Part shown: one piece after another, positions 24,778 to 35,627 of the stretch
Position numbering within the stretch: position 1 is the stretch's first letter
Layout: each line of letters starts with the position of its first letter
Assembly: GCA_965153285.1 (NCBI GenBank)
Contig: OZ229114.1
Strand: one strand, 5' to 3'
DNA length: 64,000 nt
DNA from: Podarcis tiliguerta
Lineage: Eukaryota
Position numbers and translations under genes: made by a program
The notes under the pieces: generated by a model
Database searches by the model: none
Told to the model about the DNA's origin: nothing
The model's input: only the letters and a program-made list of their open reading frames with translations

Positions 24778-26169
24778 CTTGGTCCAGGTAAACAGCAGAC
24801 AGAGGTGGAAATGAGAAGCAAAGTCCTGGTGTAGAGTAAGTGGATTGAGAGAAGTTTTTCCGTCCTTTCATAATACTAGAAATCGTGGCCACCCAACAAA
24901 GCTGGAAGTTGGGAGATTTCAGACAGGAGAAAGAAGCTCTTCCCACAGTGCATGGTTACATGACTGAATCCACTCCCCAAAGAGGGAGAGATGGCTTTAA
25001 AAGAGGATGAGACAGATTCATGGAGTCTATCAAGGGCTACTAGCCACGATGGCTTTGTCCTAACTCCACTGTTGGAGGCAGTCTGGGACAAGTGAAGGGG
25101 AAAATGGAATGGAGTTGCTAGAACGCTGGAGAGAAGCACTCCACACTGCAACATTTCATTGCAGTTCCCACTCGCAAATGCTAAACATTACTATTAAACC
25201 TCCATGCGCAAGGCTGATTGTACTCAGGCAGCAAATGTCATAGAAGTCATTTAACCTGTGTCAACTCGGATGTCCAACTCATGCAAGACCATTTGTTTTT
25301 CTGAATCAACACGTCTAACATTTGTTGTCAACATGTGCTCCAAGATCCCCCCAAGCACATGGATCTTGCATGTAAGATCTTTGGGCTGATTCACGTGACC
25401 CATCTGGTATTTTGTCCCTTCTTCCAGCAGCACCAACGTAAGCAGAAACCAGGTAATCTGCCTTGCCTCCACAGCCTCTGTTTATAGAAGTCACTGCATA
25501 ATGGGCAAACCCAACAGGGCAGAAGTTGGGTTCCTACAGACTCCCCTGTGAGTCTCTGCTTTGGGTGTAACATTGATAGTGAGAATTCAGGGGTGGCTTT
25601 CAGAAGTGTTTTCTGAAATCTTTGCTTTGCTGATACACTCAGATTTTTCTCTCGGTTATTAGCTCCTGAGAAAACTGCACACCATGCCTGAAAACTCAAA
25701 TGACTTTTTCTAAGGAGCCAGTGAAGGTCAAAAGGAGAAAAGACTATTAAGGAAAGGGAAACCCTTTTAAACTAATTGTGTCAGTAACAATATGTCGATT
25801 AGTGGACTGCAGCTCTAATCTCAACTTGGATCAATATTTTATTTATTCATCTCTCTCTGTGCTTATCACAGAGGACTCTTTGCCTGGTGTCCAGAATATA
25901 ATGTTCAGCTCATTTCCTCCTTAGTGTTTTGAAAGAGGAGGGATTTTCAAATGCAAAAATGCATATGCGTATTCAGGACCAAACTTCCAAATTCTATCTT
26001 GTAGTTGGAAACCACAGAATTTGACCTGTTGGAATAATGTGTCCACAAACTTGGTTTGGATCCAGACCAAGTCAATTCAGCTTATGTTCCGTTGAGTTAA
26101 CGAACTGGCCTAAGTTCTGCAAAAAGATTCCTTTAGGAACAAAAGAAGCTTCTGTAGAGCTCTCCATCC

Positions 26170-26296
26170 AGCTCATTTGGTTGATAATGCCAAGGTTGTA
26201 GGTTCGATCCCAATATGGGACAGCTGCATCTTCCTGCATTGCAGAGGGTTGGACTAGATGATCCTAAAGGCCCCTTCCAACACTACAATTCTATGA
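26170..26296 (+). mobile_element. SINE with a tRNA-Ile-like head and CR1-derived tail
   Basis: ataatgccaaggttgtaggttcgatccc head plus cctgcattgcag.gggttggactagatga tail; second copy at about 39460-39577. Confidence 0.65.
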
Positions 26297-26883
26297 AATC
26301 ATTGGTCTATCTAGCCCAGGGTTTCAGCCAGGGTGTATTCTCAGTCCTGACTGGAGACGGTGAAGATTGAACCTGCAAAACAGAAGCTCTTCCGATGAGC
26401 CACAGTCTTTCTGACAGACCTTTAGAAGTGGGCCTCTCACCACAGGTCTCCTTCCAGGACTTCTGCTTTCAAATTCCTTAAGGTCACTAGAGAAGGAGAG
26501 AGTTCCATCATTGTACAAGATGCCATTGTCCATTAATATATTACCCTGCTCAACCTGTTCATATGAGAGAGGGGAATATCGCTCATACAGCATAGGCATG
26601 AGAGTCGTCTCTCTGTGTGTGTGTCATTTTTCATTTAGACTCCTGTTGAGATGCAGCAAAAGATTGAATTCATAGCTATCCGGGAAGTCAAACTCCTATT
26701 ACGTGTTTATTGCGCAAGTGATTTATGGGTCATTATTCTTCATGATACTGCGGCATATTCTCTATTCCTTAGCAGGCCTCTCTGCTAACACTTCCAGTTT
26801 TGTCCAGTTCTGAGAAGCCACATTTTCAAGGACCCAATTATTTATTCTGCACCTAAGGAAGCCTAATAATAAAAAAGAGATTG

Positions 26884-27231
26884 CCGCACTTTTCCGTCTC
26901 AAGAAAATGGTGGGAGATGACAGAGTTTTTGAGCTTTTTAAGGGGAGGATTGCCAGAGTTTTTGAGCTTGGATTGCCGAAAATCGCTCACCCACACGCGT
27001 CCAAAAATCCGCCTCTCATCTGTACACAATCACCCGCCCAATTGCCGCAGCGTCAGCCAATCAACACCAGCCATTGACGCAGCAACCAATAAGACGCCCA
27101 ATAGCCGCTGACAGCCACGGCAGCCACCAATCAAACGTCCACCCTATGCACTATCCATGTATAAGACAACCCCCACTTTTTAGCATATTTTTAAAAGAAA
27201 AAAACCTAGTCTTATACATGGAAAAGTACGG
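26884..27231. mobile_element. Tc/mariner (pogo/Tc2-like) MITE
   Basis: ccgcacttttcc ... ggaaaagtacgg|ta TIRs (1 mismatch). Confidence 0.6.
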
Positions 27232-27679
27232 TAGTTATTGCTATACCTCCTGTTGTTCAATTTTATTTCACGCAGAAGCCCTAATGAACAGAGAGCTTGA
27301 GAAGTACCCCTGCTTCAGTGACAGTGGGTCTCCTCTGGCTTACCTTGTGGCAGCACCAAACTGGGTCCAGGAGCCACCCTTTAAATTTCCCACAATGACT
27401 CCTATGAAGCATCACTCTGGAGCATTATGGGAAATTTAAATGGCTGCTCCTGTACCCAGTCACTTTTTCAAAAGGGAGGCAGAGGGTCTGCACCACTGGG
27501 ACTCTGGCAATTGCTTGAGGGAGGGTGTTCCTTTTCAGGCAGAATGTTTGAGGAATTTCAAGGTGGCCCAAAATAAAGCTTCTCAGACACAGAGTGTGTT
27601 CCTCTGCACACAGAGTGAATTTCACCTGAATTGAAACGTGAAGTGTTTTTCAAGCAGCACTGGTTCATCTTCCAGTGGG

Positions 27680-28030
27680 TCCTAGTCTTCTTCTTCATTG
27701 GCAATCACTCGTATCCGAGTAAGATTGTCTTCCATGAACATGGTCTTAACAGTAAGTCTGTAAGTGACTATAGGGACCAATTCTGGATCCACACGTCCTC
27801 CCACAGTGGGGACATAGGTTTCCGGGCAGGAGTTGATCACGATGAAGGTTTGCCAAGCATGCCTTCCTCTTAGCATGTTTTTCCCTTTCGTCCTGAGTTC
27901 GTGCTTCTTCAAAGTCCAAGACACCTTTGGTCAAGGCAGCTCTCCAGTTGGAGCACTTGCAGGCCAGTGTTTCCCAGTTATCAGTGCTTATACTAGCTTT
28001 TTTTAGATTTGCCTTGGGAGTGGGCCCTTG
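27680..28030 (-). mobile_element. RTE-clade LINE 3' fragment
   Basis: WRAALTKGVLDFEEAR...CPHCGRTCGSRIGPYSHLQT, the zinc-finger-like C-terminal end of RTE ORFs. Confidence 0.85.
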
Positions 28031-28327
28031 ATCAAGATGCTCACAGTGGGACCTTCTCCTCCTTCACACAGTTGCTGCTGCCTACTTGCTTGGCTCTCCC
28101 TCTCCCAGTTGGATCATCTTCTGGAGATACAACCAGATGTGCTCAGGTTTCTGCTCCTCTTGTTGCTTGCTTCCTCACTCAGAGCGTGCACCAACAGCAG
28201 CAACTACAGCGAGTGATTGACAGCAGTACCACTGCTAAAGGGTGGGCATCAGCTGGGTAGCATCAAAGCACTTGTGCACATTAAACCATAGTTTATTGCA
28301 AACTATGGTTCAACATTGTGCATGAAC

Positions 28328-28331
<4 letters not shown>

Positions 28332-28397
<66 letters not shown>

Positions 28398-28399
28398 AC
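28332..28399. repeat. (TC)n(CA)n microsatellite
   Basis: Direct reading. Confidence 0.95.
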
Positions 28400-28539
28400 G
28401 CTAGAGGAGGAGTCTGGATGAGTTTTCTCCTCCAACCATTTTAGCTTCCTCTTGGACCATTTTGGCTCCCATATCAATATGTCACTGAAACACCAGAGCT
28501 ATCCAGTCTTTTGTCGGGTCGAAGGGCTTGGGTCTAGAA

Positions 28540-28675
28540 CAGGCTTCCTCAAACTCGGCCCTCCAGATGTTTTGAGACTACAATTCCCATCATCCCTGAC
28601 CACTGGTCCTGCTAGCTAGGGATCATGGGAGTTGTAAGCCAAAAACATCTGGAAGGCCAAGTCTGAGGAAGCCTG
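28540..28675. mobile_element. hAT-Charlie-like palindromic MITE
   Basis: caggcttcctca / tgaggaagcctg TIRs; TSD gtctagaa/atttagaa (NTCTAGAN type); related copies at about 6840, 13050, 14130/14730, 43098 and 46200. Confidence 0.85.
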
Positions 28676-29699
28676 ATTTAGAAGGAATACAAATTTCCCC
28701 CATCTAAAGCTGACCCCATTAGCCAACACATGCATGCAATTGCTGTTTAGTTATTTATTTCAATCAATATCCCTCCCTTCCTCCCCCAAAAGAGCCCAGC
28801 GGAAGATCTTGTCTGCTTGTTCCCATCACCTTTGTCTTCATCCCTGACGTCCATTATGTTGATTCAAGTGTGCTAATTTTGCACAAATGGGGCGCACAAA
28901 CACAATCAGCTGAGTGGTGCCCTGCTTCCCTTGCCCTTATCCATGCTAGCTGCAGCCCCAGACTGTCACATATTGGGGCGAAGATCCAAAGGGAGATTAT
29001 TCTGCAAGTTGGGCTGAATGCACTTGTAAATCTCCCTGCAACGAGGGTTCCTGATTGTTGGGAAAATTCTATGTGTATTCAGCAAATGCATGAAAATGCC
29101 CCCTCCTCTACGACTCCAGACTTATCTGTCCAATGTGCAAAGGCTGAGGATGTGGGGCCAGCATGGAGGGAAGAGGCTAGAGAGGCAAGGGGACCTGTCA
29201 GGTGCTAAGAGCAGCATTCAGCTTCTGAATCGAGAAGTGGGCCAGGCCTGCTTGGAGGCCTTGCTCTGTGATCTGGAAATCCTCATTCGCCCCTAATCCG
29301 AAGTTGGGCTGATAGCAGGCTATGAGCCTTTCAGTAGAGCCTTCCCAAGCTTTGGGCACTATGATAAAATTCTGCAGCTAAAAGCCCTGGCCATCCCTGG
29401 CTCAGATACAACCCTGATTGAAAGATGAGACAGATTGCTTGCTTGCTGTGAATCCAGGCACTCTCTGCATCTCCTATTTGCTACACATGCTAAGCCCCTC
29501 AAGATCTTTGCTTTTTTTTAAAAAAAAAGTCTGGTTCCCGGGAGCGTGGCTGCAGAAATAAATAAATAACCCCCCCTCTCCAGCTGAAAAGCATCTACAG
29601 AGTGTCCTTGAGTGAGCACTGCAGCAGATCTTTAAAGGCGATGATCTGGATGCTTTCCAAAAAGTCTCTCACTTACCTCGGCATCCTTCTTTCCCCCCA

Positions 29700-29994
29700 C
29701 CCCCAACACCACTCTAAAACCTTACCAGGCAAATCCATATCATTAATATTTCAGCACCAGCCACTTCGCAGGCATTGGCTACGCTGCAACGTAGCTCATC
29801 AATAAGAGCTGGCAAGGACGATACAGTCCACCAGGCATTCTTTTCGTCTAGCAGAGGGATAAGAGCAGGAGGAGGCTCTAGCTAGAGAAAGTGAGCACGA
29901 GAGTGGCGCTGCAGAGAGCCGGCAGAGTACCACTCCATCTCCCAAAGCTTTTCTACGGGGAACCTCTCGGCAGGTACCGCAAGAGCAGCCCGGC
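29700..29994 (+). promoter_or_regulatory. Putative SNCG proximal promoter and 5' UTR
   Basis: Unique, CpG-enriched sequence directly upstream of the ATG, with no ATG of its own; no clear TATA box. Confidence 0.45.
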
Positions 29995-30115
29995 ATGGAT
30001 GTCTTTAAGAAAGGGTTTTCCATTGCGAAAGAGGGTGTGGTGGCGGCCGCCGAAAAGACCAAGCAGGGAGTGACCGAAGCTGCAGAGAAGACCAAAGAAG
30101 GGGTGATGTATGTAG
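29995..30115 (+). CDS. SNCG: Gamma-synuclein coding exon 1
   Basis: [40 protein letters not shown] (FKKGFSIA and M38 are diagnostic of gamma); donor G|gtaag; 121 nt. Confidence 0.99.
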
Positions 30116-33100
30116 GTAAGAGTCTCTTCCTATTACTAAGAGATCTCTTCCTATTAGGAGCGGCTGTTGCTGCAATGCAACGGGGGGGGGGGGAGAGAGA
30201 AATCCACATTTGCTGGGTGACCTTGGGGAATGATGCTACCTTTTCCATACCCCAGGGGCAGGTAGTCATATTTCAAAGAGGGTAAAGTGAAGGTGTCCCA
30301 TAATATGAACTAGTTTTGGAAATACAAAGCACATGGCATGGTGAGAGTGATGCCAACCTCCCCTGGACCTGTGCTTTTAGCAAGGCTTTGAAATGCACTG
30401 ATGTAAAGGCTGCGGTTTTCTGTATGCACTTCCTTTGGAGTACATCCAGGGAGCAGGACTTATTTCTGGGTACCTCTGCAAAGGATGGAGGGGCAGGCAA
30501 GCAAAGCTCCGCTCCAGGAGAAAGCTTCGCCTGCTACTCCTCTGCTCTAGGAGCAGAGGTAGGAAAACGGGTGGCAAACCTGAGGTAGATCATTTATGAT
30601 TCAGCATTTAAGTCATTATAGGTCATCCCTTTCATGATGCACCGGTCTTCCCAAAGATTTGGAAGGGGTATGAATGAATTAATGAATTTATTATTTTGGT
30701 CAGACCAGTTCCAGCCCACATACAATATCAAGGAAGTCATAAAACACGATAAGGATACACTTGAAATTGCAATTAGGAAGATTTGCCAGGGTCAATTGGC
30801 TGCCACGGTGGGTGGTGGGTGCTTTGTATTTTATTTTTTTTAAGTGCTTTTCAGCCTTGCCTTGGTTTTTGCATTTAGTTGTGTATCATTTTCCCAGCAA
30901 AAGGAGCTGCTCTGATGCATTTAATTGGCTGACAACAAAGTAGTGGCTTGTGTTATCAATTAAGGGCTGCAGAAGTTCTTGTTCTTTCTAGAAACTCAGT
31001 GGAATTTGGCTTCAATTTGCCCTGCAAGGAAGATAGCCAAGTTGCCCTTGAAGCCAGGCACACGGTGGAGAAGCATTTGTGAACATGGCCACAGTCTGAG
31101 ACTAGATGAGGGATTTGTTTTCCATTTTTGTAACCTTGTTTAAGGCTGCAACCTCATCACTGTGGGAGTAAGCCACTTTGACCTCAACAGAATTGACTTC
31201 TGACTAGACATGCATGAGTTTGCACTGTAAGTTCCTTCAATGTTTCCCATTCCACAGGGAGTTTTTACGATGCTCCCCAGAAGGGTGCAGGGTGTTATTC
31301 TCTGTCATAGAAGCATTCACCCTCCAAAAGCCATGAGCATGTCTGAAAGCACATAGAAACTGCGACAAACCAGTATTCTGAAACTCAGCTGGAACCACTT
31401 GTAATTCTGATAGCAGCAGATTTCCCAGGATCTCCAATGGCTAGAGTTGGAAAGGTAGTCAATAGCTTATCAGAGCTGGCTCCTTCCATTTCAAAGCAAA
31501 ATAGAAAATAAGGTCACCCAGCTCAAAAGCAAAATGTTAAGGCTACAACATCCTCCTTAAAGACTTCACAGAACACTTTGAAAAATGACATGAAAGGCTC
31601 CTCTCAAATTCTCAGTGCTGCTGGTGATTTTACTCTAGTACTGTAGTCCTCAATCACTTCAGTCACATGCTCCCAAGATCCACTTTTTTATATTTGAGGC
31701 ATCTCCATTCTTCTTCCTTGGGTGTCCACAAAAAATTTTTCCAGTGGGGGAGGGAAAAATTTGAACACCAAAAGAGAGCAAGCTAGTTTTTCACACACAA
31801 AACAAGAGGAACAGTGTGTGTGCATTTTGCTTCGTATCTCAGGATGTACAAGTGCTGGTTTAAATGAAAGCTGTCAATCTAGATATTATGGTTCAACTCC
31901 CCTCTCTGGACGCCCAGGCATCCATCTTCCTTTCTCTGTTTTGGTCCCCTCTCTCGTCTCCCCTCTTCATCCTCTTAGAGCGGAAGTGCCCATTCATCAC
32001 CTTGGCAAACACATTTGCTTCATTACAGTCATGTGGAATGGGAGGGAGATGGTCACATTGTAGGTCAAGAAACAACAGCTGAAAACCAATGCCCAGGTGA
32101 AGCCTCTCCGTTCAGCTCTGCAGATTCAGGCTGAAAATTTCACGAGGATGGAAAAGGCTTGTATTCCCAGCTTTGCTTCTGAAGTTTGCCATCTCTGCCC
32201 TTCAGATCTGCAGTGATCTGGCGTGGCCTTTAGAGATAGAGCTCTGCCACCAGTTCTGAAAGCTGCTCCTGAGTGATGCATTGTTGCGGGTGGAAATGGT
32301 CCGTTTTAAATACAAAGAACAGTAATTCGTAACTGAAGCTTTTCAGTACTAAAAAGTGCCAGAGAGGGGCTATTGGAGGAGAAAGAGCGAAGAGCTGTGA
32401 GAGATGTTGAAGCTGCATCAGGAAGCTTAAAACAAGATTGTCAGCGGTAGATTATCAAGCATTTTCCAGACCTCTTGGGCACAGTAGGCTGCCTTTTCTG
32501 ATTACAGGCGCTCTATATCCTCCCTGCTCAGCCATGGTAATTGCATCCTTCTGAGCAAAAGCATCAGACTTGATCAGTGGTGGTGCATCCTTACTGTGGT
32601 TTGGTTTCAATAAGGGCTGGCCCAGGACATTTTGCATCCTAAGATGGAGCAGCAAACCCACACCACACCCACACACCCACACCCACACACCCCATCAAGA
32701 TGCATAGTATTCTTCAAAACCAGCCAAGTTATTTGGCACCTGAGGCAGGAAACCCCACAAGCACCTCCCCCTGGGAGGAAAAGTACAATAACAACGAACA
32801 GAATCGCTTAACAATGCATTGCCCTTTCATGACACCCATAATCTGTTGCCAGAGGCAGCTGACTCACTCTGTGTAATGCTAGGGCCAGCCTAGACGCATG
32901 TGTTAAGATTCCGATTCTGCAATATCAGCTATCCTATCAGAACTGCAGTGGTCACCACACTGTTGTCCGCATCGCCTTTCTTGTCAGCTATGTGTCTGGC
33001 AGGGGTAACCCAAAAGCATGGTCTTTTCTCAAACCTACAATATTATTTTTATTATTTATAACCCACCCATCCAGCCACTCTGGGCGGCTTCCAACACATA

Positions 33101-33479
33101 TAAAAACAGTATAAAACGTCAAACATTTAAAAAACTTCCTAATACAGGGCTGCCTTCAGATGCTGGCAAATTTTTTTCTGTATATTTCACAACTTTATAC
33201 AAGGGGATTTTTAACAGGGGCAGCTCTCCTCAGCCTTGCATGACCTAACAAATTTCCTGCTGCTGCACAACTTTTGAAGGTGCATGAAGGAACTCTGGAT
33301 GCTTCTGGATCTAGCTGACTTCCCAACATGACAAAGATTCATCTGCCTATCCAATGCTTAGTATTTGGGTTTTTTTAATGACCATGACAAAGCCCTGCAT
33401 TTAGGCCAGGGGCATCTTTTAAGGAAAGCAGTACAAGCCTCCTGCTGTGTGTCAGGCTATATATCACTGGCTGTAGGGT

Positions 33480-33670
33480 TAAGAACATAAGAAGAGCTGG
33501 CTGGATCAGGCCCATGGCCCATCTAGTCCAGCATCCTGTTCTCACAGGGGCCCACCGGAGGCCTGTGGGAAACCAGCAAGCAAGACCTGCACACAAGAGC
33601 CCTCGCCTCACTTGTGATTCCCAGCATCTGGCATTTGAGAGCAACCTGCCTCCGACAATGGAGGTGGACA
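33480..33670 (-). mobile_element. CR1-type 3' tail / SINE remnant
   Basis: aagaacataagaagag...ccatctagtccagcatcctgttctcacag; also present at about 21290. Confidence 0.6.
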
Positions 33671-34602
33671 GTTCAGGGATTCAGGCCACAGACTTTTAAA
33701 TCTCCCTCTAAAGGAGGAAATAAGGCATCTCTGGCTTCTCCTGCCTGGCTCCCCTCATTTGCTGTTATGAGCATGGCGTGGCTGCAAATACAAAAACCTA
33801 ATAAAACATCAAACATTAAAGTAAATGGGAGAAATTGTACCAGTGGCTCCTGTGAACCAAACAAACAGGCCCATGTAGTAGCCAAAGGGTGCAAATACTT
33901 TTGCGTTAAAAAAAAGGTGACTTTAATCTGTGCAGATAACATTTAACTGCACGTTTTAACAGCCGCAAAACTAGTGCTTTTAAAATATGCTGCTTCTTTC
34001 TGATTTAATCTTAACTAGCTAAGTCTGACCTTGGAAGTTGCCACATCTATGAAAATTTTAGCACAACATACTTCCATTGAGACACTGAAGAATTGCAAAC
34101 TGGGAGTGGGGTTTGCATCCTAACCTGGAGAAGCTCTTTGATCCAATCTGAGGGAAAGGTCCCTCTTTTCCTTGGGATCTTAGCAAACCAGTCCCTTGCC
34201 TGGAGATATTCTTGGCCTTGGCATCAAATCATGCCGATTATTAGCAGCCAGTTTTTTGCTGCACTGAAAGGGATTTCTGGCATATCCCTCAAGATCCCTA
34301 TTGACTATGCACAAGTAGCAATACTGATGAGTCACTGCAGAGATGGAGAAGAGCAGCCGCTGGTCTAGCAAAGGCTGCTGCTGCTGCTGCAGGAGGACAC
34401 AGCATCTCTCTGCCTAACTTGCATCCTCCGCCCCTAGGGCACACACGCAAAGCTGAGTTGCTTTTGCTTCACATGGTTAACACAAATCTGACTGCACTGC
34501 AGCTTGAGTTGTGGTGCTGTTTACAAGGCCTTGGCCTTTTTCGTTCTGCCAAGTGGTAAGTGGCTCACCTGATAGGCTCTGGAAGTTGTTAGAGCATGAG
34601 AC

Positions 34603-34843
34603 CAGAGCCTCCCCAGAGTGTCCCTATTTTCCAGGGACAGTCCTGGATTTACAGAAGCCATTCCAGTTTCTGATTTGATCCTGGAATGCCTCGATTCTTC
34701 CTAGGATATCCCTATTTTCACAATGTTGGAGGGTATGGTAGGACGTCTCTATTTTCATTGGAGAAATGTTGGAGGGTATGGAGTTATCCGACCCTCGAGC
34801 CATCTGAAGGCAGCCCTGTATAGGGATTTTTTAAATGTTTAAT

Positions 34844-34883
<40 letters not shown>

Positions 34884-34934
34884 GAAGAAGAAGAGGATGT
34901 CCCTATTTTCATCTGGGAAATGTTGGAGAGTATG
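34603..34934. mobile_element. Composite MITE-like repeat inserted into a tRNA-Lys-headed SINE (about 34588-35055)
   Basis: The flanks rejoin as tagagcatgagac|tcttaatctcagggtc, a tRNA-Lys head; tgagac/tgaggc duplication. Confidence 0.65.
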
Positions 34935-35380
34935 TGAGGCTCTTAATCTCAGGGTCATGGGTTCAAGCCCTACACTGGGCAAAAGATTCCTGCATTGCAT
35001 GGGGTTGGGCTAGATGACCCTCATGGTCCCTTCCAACTCTACAACTTTATGATTATAATATCCAATAGGAACAATTCAGATAATGTAGCCAGGATATCTC
35101 CCCTCAGTGGCAGCATGTACTTGCTATTGTCATGCTCTGTTCCTTAACCACCAGAGACTAGTCAGCCAAATGATGTTCCTACCTGGTGAGCAGAAACAGA
35201 GAGTTTAAAGCATGGATTAAGAGATGCCTCTCCTGTGGACCATTAAGGCTCTTGAGACCCCTTTCTCCACCCATGCTATATTTTAGGACATCTCAATTGC
35301 AGAGCAAGGGACTCACAGAGACCAAAACTCATCATAACAAAAATATAAAGATGGAAGAGCAAAGTTTTATAGACAGATTG

Positions 35381-35627
35381 TGTTATGTACTGAAGTTCTC
35401 ACCCTGGGCCAGCAGGGGGATACTGTAGATAGTTTTCACTCAGGTCCACGTCAGTTATTTTAGGCGGGAAACCCTGGGTTTGTTGTTGCTACATTGTTGA
35501 CAGCCGGCTGCCTATAAAAGCAGGCCGGCTGAGCTGTTTGCTGTTCAGTTCTGTTCCAGCTTACAAAATAAAGAGCAGCTTTGGAGAAATCGCTGTGTCG
35601 TCTGCCATGTCTACCCACAACTTAACT
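35381..35627 (+). mobile_element. Solo LTR in SNCG intron 1
   Basis: Perfect 5-bp TSD gattg; TGTTA...TAAC(t) termini; TATAAAA at 35513; AATAAA at 35567. Confidence 0.8.

Noticed and set aside
30116-30285. Extension of the 96-aa ORF beyond SNCG exon 1 ([11 protein letters not shown]...)
   Set aside because: Read-through into intron 1 past a consensus GTAAG donor
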